Positions 26,301-41,300 of a stretch of 64,000 bases of DNA are shown piece after piece. Position 1 is the first letter of the stretch. The number at the start of each line of letters is the position of its first letter. The notes under the pieces were generated by a model. That model worked only from the letters and a program-made list of their open reading frames with translations. It searched no databases and was not told where the DNA came from. A program made the position numbers and the translations under genes. The stretch covers positions 39,268,985-39,332,984 of the forward strand of contig NC_081365.1 of assembly GCF_030684315.1 (NCBI RefSeq), given 5' to 3'. This stretch comes from Stegostoma tigrinum. Its lineage: Eukaryota.

Positions 26301-29300
26301 CCAATGCCATTTCATTCCCATCTACAATAAGAGAAGAGTTAATTGAAGTTCTTCTTTTGAGACCAATACACTCTTCATGGTCTGCAGTAAACTGTCTAAA
26401 CTATCTTAAAAAAAGAGAGTCAGTGCTTATTTGCTGTGACTTTTGCAAATTTTAATAGTGTAAATCAAAATTACTGAACAGTTAAATTAACAGGTATTAA
26501 TATGTTGAAAAACAATACTTCAGATTAACTTCACTCCACATGCTAGAAGTTTTTCTTAAATTGTATGTTCAGATAGTTAGTGATGTGGGAAACATCACGG
26601 GCAGGACCATATGAGAAATTAAATATCTGGGAGAGAAGTAAACTTAGACCACAAGATTTATTTTGTTGAGTTTATCAATTGCATGAACTGCTTTGAACAT
26701 CAAGGGATCTGGGGCAGTCAAACTGGAAAATCAATATGACAATTAGTGCTCCTCAATTTTACACAAAAATAATAAATCCTAATGTGCAATTCTGAGTAGC
26801 ATTGAAGTGAATTTATTCTTTTACCTTCATAACACTGTCTTTCAAAAAAAAAAATTATTAGCTCAGGACAGGCAGTCTAATGTGGAGACATCATGATCAA
26901 TCTGTTGGGATTTAAGCTGCAAAACTGTCTGTAATAAAACACCAGATAAAGTAGCAATAATGTGTTTCTGATTTCCCAGTTGTGTCCTATTGAAGGTTCC
27001 TGCATTTCAATGCGTTAGTCTTTTAGCTCAGTTCGGGTATGCACCTATTCAATCTCTTCACCTGAGAAAGCATTTAGTGTGCAATCATCTACAGAATTCC
27101 ATTTTCTTATGGGTCTGTAGGTTATTATTTCTCTGTCTCTTTTGTCTCATTGATTAATCTGTCATCTGACATTGACTTGTATATCTCAGAGCATATGCAA
27201 GCTGTTTCACTCATCCATTTAATGTAAGCTCACTCACAGATGGTATGGTAAATTTGCTGTAGTACATGAAGGACCATAGGCATCTAGTTCCTTTGTAAAG
27301 AGACAATTGGTTACATAGTTGAGGGGCACCATCTCACATCAAATATAAGGCAATCTTGCTCACCAAATTCAGGAAATCACAGCAATTCACAGGAAATGGA
27401 AAGTTGAGGAAATTGAAGTCATACTAATCAGAAGTTGTAACTGATAGTCTAACCAAAAAGAAGCTAGATGACGATCTGAAAGGCTCAACTCTGCAGAACA
27501 GTGAAACTAGAAATATTTGTAGACCCATGTGATCCTTGTCATTAAATTTAACTAGAAGAAAACCTACCCTGAGATTAGTCAGAAGACAAGGGTGCATCAA
27601 CAATAGTAATCATTTAGTGAAGGGCCCAGATGGGTGCTGCACCATCATCAAAGTCACCCAAGTAGAATGCATTAAGTGCTTCACACAGGCTGCAAATTGT
27701 GACAATTTTAACATGGTTAGTGATTAGGAAAATGTCAGATTGTTGAGGTGTAATGAATGTGAATGTGAGGTTATCCACTTCGGTAGCAAAGCATGAACAC
27801 AGATTATTATATGAGTGGTGATAGATTGGGAATGGTGGAAGTGACAAACTTTGTACACCAATTGCTGTAAATAACCAGGCATGCAGGGCAGGTGGTGAAG
27901 AAGGCAACTGGCATATTGTACTTCACATTGAACTGGCCTGAGTACAGAAGCAGGGATGTCTTGCTGCAATTGTACATGGCCTTGGTGAGATCACACCTGG
28001 TGTATTGTGCCCACTGTTATCTAAGGAATGATGTTCAAGCTTGAGAGGGAGAGCAGTAACGGACTGATTCCTGGGATGGCAGGTGTAAGGTATGAAGAGA
28101 GACTGGGTTGGTTAGGTCCATATTCACTGGAATTTAGCAGGATTGATCTCATAGAAATTTTAAACATTCCAACAGGCCTTGACCAAGGAGTCGAAGGAAA
28201 TGGATGGGCCATTTAGGTCTGAGATGAGGAGAAATTTCTTCATCCAGTGAGTGGTAAGCCTCTGAATCCTCTTCCAGAGAAAGTGGTTGAGACCAATAAA
28301 TTGAATGTTTTCAAGAATGCATTAGAAAAAGTATTCAGGGCTAAAGGGGTCAAAGAGTACAAGGAAAATGCAGTGAAATAACTCCACAGAATCCAACACC
28401 CCATCACCAAGTCACCTTTTACTTGTACGTGGAAAGTTCTTGATACTGATCCAGCTCTCTTAGAGTTAGCTCTCAGAGTGAACAGGATGTCTGACACTCC
28501 TGTTCTTATCTGTCAGCCAGAGATTCCTGATTGGATCAGATTAACAGCCCCAATCAGGGGACTCAGATTCTGTGAAGTCCACCTGGCTGACCTTGTAACA
28601 ATGACTACAAACAGCAAATTGAGTTGGATGATTATAAATGATAATGTTGATAACTCAGCAGGCTCAAAGGGACAAATAGCTTACTCTTGCTGCTCTTTCT
28701 TTTCTTGCGGTGTGACTTTGGATAAATGTTTTTAAGGTACCTTGGCAGGGACAGAAACCTGATTAGAGGGATTCAAACATGGAATTCCAGGAAAGATAGG
28801 TATTTATTTGGGAGACAGTCATATGGTGTTTGGTGGGTGACAAGGAGGTTGTGGTCACAGGACTGTTAATTTAAGGAGATAGGTATTGAAGAATAGTGTG
28901 ACTGTACTTGAACAGTGAGAACTGTTCACAACATTAGCTACTGAAAAGACCAGAAAGGAAAGTTTAATAATAACAAAATACTGCAGATGCTGGAAATCTA
29001 AAGCAAAAACAGAAAATGCTAGAGAATCTCAGCAGTTCTGACAGAGAAAGATAATTTTGAGTCATATCAGACTCACTGTTAACTTTGTTTTGCTGTCTAC
29101 AAAAAGTGAAGTTTAGCTTGTATAGGGTTGTGGAAGCAGGAACTGGACCTCACAGACCAAATAAGCTTGGGAAGAAAGAAACACGAGGAGGAGTCAGTAT
29201 TTGGCCCCTCAAACCTACTCCAATGTTCAACAAGACCCAAAGCTGATCTGCTCCAGGCCTAAACTCCTCTTTAATATCAACTCAGCATAATCCTCAAATC

Positions 29301-32300
29301 CCTGATATTTCTAAAATCTATCTCCCTCCTCTTAATACTTTCAGTGATCTGAATACCACAACTCTCTAGGTTACAGAATTCCAGAGGCTTACTATCCTCT
29401 AGGAGTAGAAAATCCTTCCCACCTCAGTTTTAAATGAGTGTCCAATTATTCTTTATCTATGTTGAGATTTCTCCAATAGTGGAACATTCTTTTTAACATC
29501 TACCCTCTCAAGCTATCCCAGAAGCTTGTATGTTTCAATAAAGCCACCCTTCATTCTTTTAAATAAAGGCCTAGCCTGTCTAGTCATTCTTGATAAATCA
29601 ACACCTTCATCCCACAAATCAGACTTACAAATCTTTTTTGAAATGCCTCCAATACCAGAATCTCCTTTTTTAAATATGGGGACCATAAATGTACACCATT
29701 CTCCGGGTGCAGCCTCACAAACATTCTGTCCAATTGTAACAAGATTTCCCTATATTTAAATCTCATGTCATGAGCATAGTTGGAATATTAACTAGAAAAA
29801 GGAGCAAGCTCAGGGTTGGGATAGAAGGGTTCCTTAGAGGAAGTTTGGCTTGCTGGGCAAGTGGAAGGTAGGGAAATAACAGAGACAGCTGGTTGGATAG
29901 TCTCAAGTTCAGTGACAAATAAGTCCATGAGCGCCTTGCGCATGCTGTTCTATTATGTCACTGAGTCATTTGAGGTGCCAATGTGCAAAAGTTAGTTTGA
30001 TTTATTAGGAATGTATATTTAAAAAAAGCTTTCCATGACAGGTATCAACTCTACTCATTGAAAGAAATGATTATGCAATGGAAATGCAAAACAATGTACC
30101 ATAGTTTCCCTTTTGGAAGTGATGTTAAATTAATCGTTAATAAAATGAAAGTAAACGTTGAAATCATAACTTGCCACCATTTCTCAGAATGTGTTGATGC
30201 TCAGCTTAAGTGCCTTTCTGTAGAGTATTTAGGGATCAAAAATTAAAAATCAATCAACAGCGCAGATTAAAATCATTAGTGAATTGTATTGTGAAGAACT
30301 TTCCTCAAGTGTGGGAGGAATGAAACAGGGTATTGTGTCCATTATTCTAATCAACACAACTGTGAAAAATGATATATATTTAATAAGTGTCAAGTAATCT
30401 GATCTTGGTAGAAAGATGACCTGTGTGGAAATTGAAAATTTAATATTAATAGTTTATAAATAATTCATACATTTATAAAAAAAAATTAAATATTCAATTC
30501 AGATTCTATTTTAATTTAGAACAGAAAATGTGAATAACTCTCAGCAAGCCAGGTTATATCTGTGGCGAGAGCAGACCAGTTAATATTTCAGAGTGGATTC
30601 CTTCATCAGAGCTGGAAGGTATTAAAGATGAATAACATTAGTAGCACTCTCATCTCTGAGTTAGAAAGCTGTGAGTTGAAGCCTGCTTCAGTAAGTTAAA
30701 CCTTTTGTCTAGCTGATGTGGCAATGCAGTGTCAGGGAACTCTGCATAGTTACAGATGCTGTCTTTTGAATGAGACATTAAAAGGAGCCCTGTCTACCCC
30801 TTTCAAGATGTCACGGCATCATTCACAGGAAAGCAGAAAACTTCCCTCAGTGCCCTGAACAGTACTTATCTTTTGAATACAAATATAAAAATAAAAGACA
30901 GTGCAGATGTCGGAAAGATGAGATAGCATCAAAAACATTCCGAAAGGATTCTGGTGAACGGTCATAAACCTGAAGGTTAACTCTCTTATCTCCTGCTGAT
31001 TTTAGCATACTTCCTTGCATACTTTGTTGTTCTTATCCCTCAGGGAATATGGTTGTTATCATTGCTCTGCTTGAGAGACCTGGTTTGATGCAAATTGGCT
31101 GCTGCATTTCTTATGTGGCAGCAGTAAAATGGATGAAAATAAGGAAAAGAGAAACAGGATAAATGAATGGCAAGACATCGCAAGCAGGAAAAAAAACTGA
31201 ACAGCCTGCAGAAAGTTGATGTTGGGAATAGTGATCATAATGTATGATTAAGAATTGTCAAGATGTACGTACAAAATGCAATAGCATGCCAGTGTCATGA
31301 TGTGGAAAGGTTTTGCTGAAACTCAAAGGAAGAATTTACAAGAATATTATGAGACTTATTACATAATGTAGAAATTTGGGCAACAGAAAAAAATAAGGAA
31401 CAGCATCAAGTGGTTGAGTAGAAAATTAAATGATACAATTGTCTATTGCAGACTGAGAGAGGAAATAAGTTGAGACAAACGGTAGGGATGGGTTGCTGGC
31501 AAGAAGACTAGGATGCCCACATCTACGTGGAAGGATATGGTGGCAACAGACTTAGACACAGTGGGATTGGAAGAGTAATGAATGGCTGACAGGAGGAGAT
31601 GCAGAAGATGATCAACTAGCATTGTGATAACCTCATCTAAACTGGGAGAAGCAGACAGGTGACTAGCTAATTTTCTGAAGAAGGGTCTAGGCCCGAAACG
31701 TCAGCTTTCCTGCTCCTCTGATGCTGCTTGGCCTGCTGTGTTCATCCAGCTCTACACCTTGTTATCTCTGACTAGCTAAAGGGATGGGATTAGCCACCTG
31801 GATAGGGAATCGTTAAAAAACAGGTTGCAAGGGATCCAATAGCCTTACAGAAGAAGACACAAGTAAGCTCCAAGAAACAGTTTACACTTCTGCCACTTGG
31901 AAATAAATGTGTGGAGTGAATGGTCTACCTGTTAGACCTCTTGCCACACCATTCATCAAGCTCCTGAACCATTACAGCTTGCTCACTTTTCTAGTTGTTA
32001 AAACTGCTATTTTCACTTTACTCTTGATAATCCACTTGAACAACTTACTAGTTATTCCATTTCTTTTCTTGTGTCTGTGTGCTCACACTCTTTTTGTTCC
32101 TTCACCTTCCCTTTGGTTTATCCCTTCTGAGATAATCCTTATCTAAGACAGATTCCAGTTCTGACGGTGTGTGCCTTCTGCAGGTGTTGCCTAACTTGCT
32201 GAAGACTTCCAGGATTTCCACAGAACTATATCTGCAGCCATGCTATGGAGCAGCAGTCAGAAGACCACAAAGATCCAAACTGATCCTGATGCTGCAACAT

Positions 32301-35245
32301 AAAATCAATTTGGATATTTGGCATGCTCTTGGGAAAGTGCATGCATTCCTGTTCATAGGAAAAGCCAGGCAAGCCCAGCTTTTTGTACACTCTTCAATTT
32401 GAACACCCCAGAGATTGATGGGCAGTAAACTGAGACACAGCTGATGTGACTAGATTCTTCTGCTTAGTCTAAATGTTAGTACCACATTATGTTTAAAGCA
32501 GATTCTGATTCAGCACTGCTCCCTGAAAAGAAGTAAGGAAATCCTTGAAATCCAGATACAAAGGATTTATACCTCAATTTCTTCTCCCATGCTACCCCAG
32601 GCACAACAGAAAAAGAAAAATTTTCTTTCATTTCTGTTGAAAGATGCACTTTCTTATTACAATGCAATGAGTAAACAGAATGGCAGTAGAACTAATTGGC
32701 AATAAGCTGACACAGACATCCTGGGACAAATGGTCACGTTCTGTCCTGAATGATTCAATGATTTTCACCTTTTGATCACAGAACAATCATGTGGGGTGAT
32801 CAGGGAGGACTGATTGCATAGCAACAATATTCCACCAATCCAATGCTCGTAATGGCATGAAATAAAAAGAACATTTCAATCCTTATGCGAATTTAAATGT
32901 GACAACTACAGCATCACATCATTGAGTACAGATTGGGTAAAGAAGGATGCACTTTGAGTTACTGCTCCTGAATATAATCCCACAATCCCTTTGGGAATGT
33001 GTGCAAATAAGTCTGCTGTCCACTTGGAACAGTGTTATGCTGCATCATAATGTTCACTAGAGAGATTTTGAGACAAATAATAGGACATTAGTAAGAAACA
33101 AAGTTTTACCAGGCCCTATAGGTTGTAGTTCAGTGAATCTGTCTTCAGAATTAAGAAAACCAGTTCATATTGCAGAGAGAATTTCTGTATGTAACAATGT
33201 ATTTAGGTTTTGAGCTGACTTTCATTACAGTTCTTCAAACGTTAACCTGAAATCTGATTTTTAAAAAAAACTACCTAAAGATTTTTGAAGTCACAGATTC
33301 CAAAATGTCATTCTCTTTGAATCTGTGTTACTTAATTTATACTGTGTTATGTTTATTCCTGTCTTACCCAGTAAAGAAAATCATGCAGATTTAGAAAATA
33401 CTTAAATTGAGCAAAAAGTGAAATGGTTTTTTTCTGCCCTGTTTGTTCATTTTAGAAAAACATTCTGCTTTATACGAATGTGTAGTGAATTAAAATGGTA
33501 AGTGTTAAGGCATTGGTCACTATGGTGAGTGTCTATGTAGCAGTGGAATGGGGGTGGGTGGATTAAGACAGTAGTTGTGATGGGGAGAGGCAGGATTCTG
33601 CAGCAGTAGTCAAGCAAAGAAGTGTTAAGGGCGCGTTCAGGTTGGAGGCTAGTAAGGGTCAAGGTAATGGTTAGATAGGAGGGTTGAGATTATGGTTGGG
33701 TTGGGGGATTAGTGGCAAATTGAGGAAGCATTTCAAATTTGGGTGAAGTTGTCTGGGGGAGTAACCTGTGGTTTTGATATAGACCTGGGAGAATCATCCT
33801 TACACCATCTGGTTTCATTTTGAGGTTACCATTTTTTTTGCAGTGCACATTTTGGTAGCAGTCTGAAATCAATCTCTTTATGGGTCCATTTTTTTGGTCA
33901 GAAGTTAGGCTTTCCTGAAACCACAGTTAGGCCAACACCAGTTATGCTCTTAGCAAGTTAATTTGGAAAAGGGACCATCAAATAGTTGTTATGCTCCTTA
34001 TCTAGTAGTGATTTCTGGTGGGACCTGGAAGCAGGGAAGGTCATAATTGCTGGACTGTTAATCCAAAGACCAAGATAACATTCTGGATACCCAGATTCGA
34101 ATCCTGCCAAGGAAGATGGTGGAATTTGAATTCAATAAAACATCTGGAATTAAGAATCTAACGATGACCATGAATCCATTGCAGATTGTTGGGGGAAAAA
34201 TCCATCTGGTTCACTAATGCCCTTCAGGGAAGGAAACTGCCATCCTTACCTGGTCTGTCCTACATGTGACTCCTGACATACAGTAACGTGGATGACTCTG
34301 AACTACCCTCTGGGCAATTATGGATGGGCAATAAATGCTGCCTAGCCAGCAATGCCCTCAGTCCGTTAATGAACAATGGGGGAGAAAAGCTCTTTTCATG
34401 CCTTTGGAACATGATTAACAGTGTACTTCTTGCTCAGAATGCAAGAGTGTACCCCAGGCTGTTTTATGAGATGCTTCAGTATCTAAAATAGATACAGTTT
34501 TGATAAATGTCTGGGCCCATACATTTCACTGAAGTTCCCTCTGTGATGTCTCTCCTCCGTTCGTGATGTCAATCATCCCTTTCACTTTATCACTATGTTT
34601 CTGGAAGATTGTTTATATGTATTATTTCTGTTGCCTAGGAAGGATTTTCAGGAAAATGCCCTTAAATTAGAAATAAAACTTATTCAGTGGTTAATAAACA
34701 CACTCTATGTTAAAGTTTTGAGCAGGCCTCAGAATTCCTAATGAATGACTCATGATATTAGAAGTTAAAAGACAAAACTTCCATCCCAGGTGATTTTAGG
34801 GAATGGCTCAGAGAAGAACATTTATTAACTAATGTGCAGTAACTCTAATTACTGCTGTGAAAGAACGGTGAGAACATTAGTGGCTAGCGGCTCCATTCAA
34901 TCCTACTTACAGGAAATGAGCTTTGATGCAAAGCTGACTCTAGGACCTCAAGGGACAGCTGCATTGAAGACTGAAGTTGATGTTGGAGATGAGAGTGAAG
35001 GGAAAGAAAGAGATGATTACATAATGAAATGGAAGACAGAGAGTCTAAGTAACAAATAAAATTTAAGATTTTATGTTCTTTGGAGCTGCTTGTTGTGAAG
35101 AAAGGAAGGTTGGATGAAATGAAACCACATCAAATGCCACAGTGTCAACAGTGAATTGCAGTAATGTTCTGAAACAAGCTGTGTCCCTATATTGGAAAAC
35201 AAATCTGGTGCTTGCCAAGTATTGATCGATGAACATAGAGTCTTG

Positions 35246-35329
<84 letters not shown>

Positions 35330-38300
35330 AGAGGCAGTCAGGTTTACAAAAATTTGCACCTAAAACACACCGTCATTGAACTGTCCAACTGTCAAAGAAT
35401 ACAAATGTTTGAAATGTCTTAAAAAATCTCACATCAGAACAGTGTTTTGGACTTTTTTTCTTGTGTCACAGAAAGTTTTTTAAAATATTGATAGCTTCAT
35501 TAGGTATTTAACTTCACTTTGTGTCAGCACAGCTCCTGAGTAGGTTGAGAAAATATGGTGGGGAGGGGGCAAAGGAGGCTGCCTGGCAGGCTTAGCTTGG
35601 CAAATACAGAAACATTTATTTAAGGGTCAGGGTAATGCGTACAGGTCAGCGCAGTTGGTATGGGGCAGGCATGGGAATGAGCAGAAAGACATAGGAGAGT
35701 AGGATACATTTCTTATATTATAACAATGGATACAATTCAATGGTACTTCACTGGCTGTAAAGCAGGAGGTACGAAAGGTGACATAGAAATGCAAGTTTAT
35801 CTTTATAGGTGTTCCCTGATTAGAGAATTAAAAATAAATTGAGTTCCTTTGCCCACTGCAGTTCAAACCGTGTTGGAAAAACATATGTTCGTATCCATAT
35901 AATGTTAATATTGGATCAGTATCAAAATCACATACAACCAATTGTACTCAGTCACTATCAAGATTCACAAATGTCTAGTAACCAAACTGGTCAAGATGCC
36001 AAAGGGCAATCCAATGCCTGCAAAGCTACTTCAATAAGCAATGAATGCCTTTCAGAGAGAAAAAGTGATAAATTTGGCAGAAGGAAAACGGTGTAGTTTT
36101 AAATTTTTATTAGAAGTTTTAATGTTGCCAAATCAATGCATAAGAACACAAAATAAAATGGAACAGACTGTATTGTCTATCAAGCCTGTTTCAACAAGCA
36201 ATACCATCATGGCTATTCTTAGGCTTCAATTTCACTTTCTCTTCATATTCCTTGATTCTCTGAGACCATAAAACCATAAGATGTCGAAGCAGAGGTAGCC
36301 CATTTGGCCCACTGAGTCTATTCCACTATTTGATGAGATCATGGCCGTTGTTCCTTCTAAGTTATACAATCTATGCATGACATAGAACATAGATAACAAG
36401 AACAGGACAATGCAGGAACAGGCCCTTCGGCTCATCCTGTCCGTGCTGACCATGATGCCATTCTAAACTAATCTGCCTGAAAATGGTCCATATCCCTCTA
36501 TTACCTATCTGTTAATGTGCCTGTTTAAATATCTCTTAACCTTTGCTGCCACATCTGCTTCAATTACTTCCACTCGCAGCACAGTCCAAGGCACCCTCTG
36601 TGTACATCTCTTTTAAACTTGTCCCCTCTCACCTTAATTTGCCATTCCCACCCTGGGAAAGGGCCCCAACTATTCACCCTATCCATGCCTCTCATAATAT
36701 TTTGTACTTCTATTAGGTCACCCCACAGCTTCTGACGCTTGAGCTAAAACAGTGTAAGTTTGTTTAACCTCTCCTTAACATTAACATATCAAGGCAGCAT
36801 CCTGGTGAACCTCTTCTGCACCCTCTCCAAAGCCTCAAAATCCTTCCTATAGTGTGGGAACCAGAACTGCACGCAATACTCCAAATGTGACCTAAATATG
36901 GTCTCACACAGTTGTAATATGACATGCCAATTTTGACTCTCAATGCCTCGACCAATGAAGACAAACATGCCGTATGCCTTATTTATTACCTTATCCACTT
37001 GTGCTGTCACATTCAGGGAGCTATGGACTTGCACCCCAAGATCCTCCTGTATATCAATGCTTCTAAAGGTCCTGCCATTTACTGAATGTTATCCCCTTGC
37101 AGTTGACCTTCCGAAATATATCACCTCACATTTGTCCAGATTAAACTTCATCTGCCATTTCTCCACCCAACTTTCCAACTAATCTATATTGTGCTGTATC
37201 CTTTGACAACCTTCCTCAATCCACAACTCCACCAATTTTTGTGGCGTCTGCAAACTTACTAATCAGACCACTGATATTTCTATTGACGATTGGTCTGCTG
37301 ACTCAGTTTACAGAATTGATTCCCAATTCCAGAAGTCGCTGCTGTGCTTGGACCTCAGAGGTACACACAAGACAGAAAATAAAATTGTGCAAACACTGAT
37401 CATAGTTGGTTTGATAATCATCAGTTCCACTTTCCTGCCATTTTTTCATAATCCTCAATCCACTTATTGATTAACAATCTGTTTATTGCAGTCTTGAATA
37501 TACCTCATTATGCAGACTTGACAGCCCTCTGTGGCAAGGAATTCCACAAATTCAATCCACTTAGAGAAGAAATTACTCATCATCTGTGTCTTAAATGGGT
37601 GACCTGTTACTCTGAGATTATGCTCTCTAGTCCTAGACTCTCCAATAAGGAGAAACATACTCTCTGCATCTACCCTTTGAAATTGCCTTTTTTTAATGAA
37701 GTCACCTTTCATTCTTCTAAACTCCAATGAGTACAGACCAAACTACTCAACCTCTTCTCAGAAGAAAATCCCTCCATATCAGAAATCAACTGAGTGTACC
37801 TTTTCCGGACTGCCTCCAGTGCCAGTATATGTATCCTTAGGTAAAGGTACCAAAATTGTTCACCGTATTCTGGGTGTGGTCTAACTAATGCAATGTTTTG
37901 TTTTAGCAGCACTTTACTATATCGATATATAATTCCCTTTAAAGTAAAGGCTGACAGTGCATTTGCCTTCCGTCTTATGCGCTGAACTTGTATGCTAGCT
38001 TTTTGAGACGGATGTCTAAAGCCTCCCAAATTCAGCTGTACTGCCGTCTTTCTGCAGCCTTTCTCCATTGAAAGGATATTGAACTCTTTCATTCTTCCTG
38101 TCAAAGTGTCACATTATATTCCATCTGCCAGTTTCTACATGCTCATTTATGCTGCCTATATCCTTCTGCAGACTCCTTGTTTCCCATACCATTTTTGTGT
38201 CATTTACACACCCTCACTTCTTTCTGGGGGAACGAACTCTTACTCATAACCCTTCGCATGAAGAAATTTCTCTTAAGTCCTGAGAAATTGAGGCCTTAGT

Positions 38301-41300
38301 CAGAGATCATGACCCCATGGGTCTAGGTTCTCCTGGCCAAAGGAAATTATCTTTCAGTCACTACTTATCAAGCTCCATAATCTTGTATGTCTGGTGAAAG
38401 CGCTTTACTGATCATGTATGTGAGAAAGAAAGAGCAAGTCCAATTACTGTATTTGTTAGAAGTACGGAAGTACAGCAAAATGTTCCTTAGTCATTCCAGG
38501 AAGATTTGTTCTTGAAAATTTCTTGGCTTTCCTGTTAGCTATCTAAACGTAATTGTTAAAGTAAAAGTTTGATAGCATGTTATTAAGGCATTAAACAAAT
38601 TACTTAGGAACTTAAATAGTTCTTCCATACCAAAGAATTAAAAACTAAGCGACTGAAAGACGAGACTACAGGTAGACAGACATATTGATGTATTGAACAA
38701 AGACAAATAAGTGGCTGTTTGGGCTGACAACTTTATTTACTAGTATTGAGTGAGAGAGCATTTACACTCACCAGGGGGTTTAACCTTCACCTCCAGAATA
38801 TTGGAAGATTTGCTGATTTTCTTCACCCATTGGTCCATCTGGTTTTGGTGCCACAGTTCAGCAATGCACTGGTATTTTCCAGCCTCCAAGTCACTGGCTT
38901 TATTGACCACCAGACGGATAGTATTAGACACTGCCTTTGTTATCATTATTTTATTTGTAAAATTTGTCGCCTTATCCCCCCACGAAATGGATGTGTCACG
39001 GGCGAAGGTGATAATGTCATAGCTGTTGCTTGATCCAGCAGGCTGGAATTTCCACGTGACAGAAACTGATACTCGAGAAGGATATGTTGGTCTGATGAAA
39101 CACTGAAGTTGAAATGCGTTATCATAGATCACTGATGGTGTTCGTGTTATTGCTGTAACACTGAAACCTGTTTCTGTAAAGTTAAAAACAAGTAATACTA
39201 TTAACTTCCAAACATTTCATGTAATAGAAAGATCTTTTCCCTTGCCACCTCCTCCTTCCTAAAGGCACCCACTTTTACTGAATATGAGTCACAGAGCTGT
39301 ACAGCATGGAAACAGACCCTTCAGTCCAACATGTCCATGCTGACCAGATATCCTAAATTAATCTAGTCTCAATTGCCAGCATTTGGCCCATAATCCTCTA
39401 AACACTTCTTATTCATACATACATCCAGATGCCTTTTAAATGTTGTAACTGTGCCAGCCTATTCAGCCTCTCCCTATAGTTCAAACCCTCCAGCCCTAGC
39501 AACAACCTTGTAAATCTTTTCTGAACCCTTAAAGTTTCACAACATCTTTCTTATAACAGGGAGACCAGAATTGAATGCAGAATTCCAAAAGTGGCCTAAC
39601 CAGAGTCCTGTACAGCTGCACCATGACCTCCCAACTCCTATACTTAATGCACCGGCCAATCTCAGTAAGCGTGCCAAATGCCTTTTCTGCCACACAGTTT
39701 ACTTGCAACTCTACTTTCAACTATGAACATGTACCCCAAGGTCTCCCCAGGATGTTACCATTAAGTGTATAAGTCTTGCCCTGATTTGCCCTACGAAAAT
39801 GTAGCACCTCACATATATCTAAATTAAACTCCATCCGCCACCTCTCAGCCCCTTTGCCTATCTGATCAGAGTCGCTTGTAGGCTGAGGTAAGGTTCTTTA
39901 CCTTCCATTCCATTACACCACCAATTTTGGTGTAATCTGCAAACTCACTTACTATACCTCCCATATTCACATCCAAATCATTCATATAAGTGTCAAAATG
40001 CAGTGGACTCAGCACCAATCCTTGCTGCTCATCACCGGTCACTGGCCTCCAGTCTGAAAACCACCACCACTCTGTCTCCTATCTTTGAGCCAATTTTGTA
40101 TCCAAATTGCTAGATCTCCCTTTAATCCATGTGACCTAACCCTGCTAACCAGTCCCCAACTGTTATGGGTTGAATCTTACAATTTTGGCGACGTGCAAAA
40201 CGCATTGAGTTTTTTCCTGAATGAGTCACCCATGAGGCCTAGTGAAATTTCTCACTCTATCCTACCAAACTCACCTCATTAACTACCTACCTACCACTAT
40301 GATATCTCTCATGTCTGATTCGATCCCTATCTTAATATATGTCATTTGCCGAACAACTCAATGTTCACCAGAAATCCCTTGAAAGATCAACATCTCTGGC
40401 ACTCGCACCATCTTTACAAGACCACTGTGTGCCTAAGCTAGCATCGACATTTCTTCAGGGCAATGAAATGGCAGAGCAGCTGCAAAGTCATGCTGCTCCT
40501 GGCACATAGCTGGCGTGACTGAGATTCCCTTACAGAAATAATGCCATTTTCTCATCCTGGTTGCTGTTTAACCACTGAGCCACAAACCTTATCAGTCTAA
40601 TCTCTCTAAGTCAGTGCAAACCTGTCCCCAGTGTCCGCTGTACACCCGTATATTATCAATGTCCAACATTGGATATCAGATATCGGTAAGCAAATCTAGC
40701 AATTCCAAACACATGGTTTATTTATAACCAGCAAAAGTGAACACAAACAAAACCATTAAAGGCTGAAGTTCACCCTTACATTGCTACTCAAATGTTGGTA
40801 TTACGACCACTGACTATTTCACATTCCATGTTTATCTGCTGCACCCAGCTCAGATCAACTGGAACCAGGTGTCAGTCAGGTCCTGTCTGGCTTGTGATGC
40901 CCAATGCAGCTAAGGCTATATTCATTATCAATGTTTCCATCCTGTTCCTTTGCCCAGCTCATCAGCACATATCACTGCCTCATCGCATGTTTGATGTGTG
41001 CAGAGCAACCCCCACTTATTGGTATAAGCAATGGAACCACATCTTCAGTACCCTTATCACCTGCTCCACCACGGCCCTGGTCAGCAACCATGAAAGTTAT
41101 CACTGAAGTCAGTGCAGTCCTTCATAATACTTACATGACACATAATGCAGCGATGTCCCCCTCATCCCACAGCACCCTTGGAAGTTTCACAAGTGATAGG
41201 ATGCTTTGCCCAGCATTGGTCTCCTTTTAAGTCATTGCCACTAACTTCTGCATCTTCACTGGGATGTCAATACTAACTACGCAAGCACCAATGGCATAAT

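Noticed and set aside
35063-35422. HT-repeat and VC-repeat ORFs
   Set aside because: Artefacts of the TG microsatellite.
9881-38771. Additional hidden Ig exons in the 29-kb intron
   Set aside because: No minus-strand ORF with C...W...YxC spacing was found. Small alternative exons cannot be excluded without RNA data.
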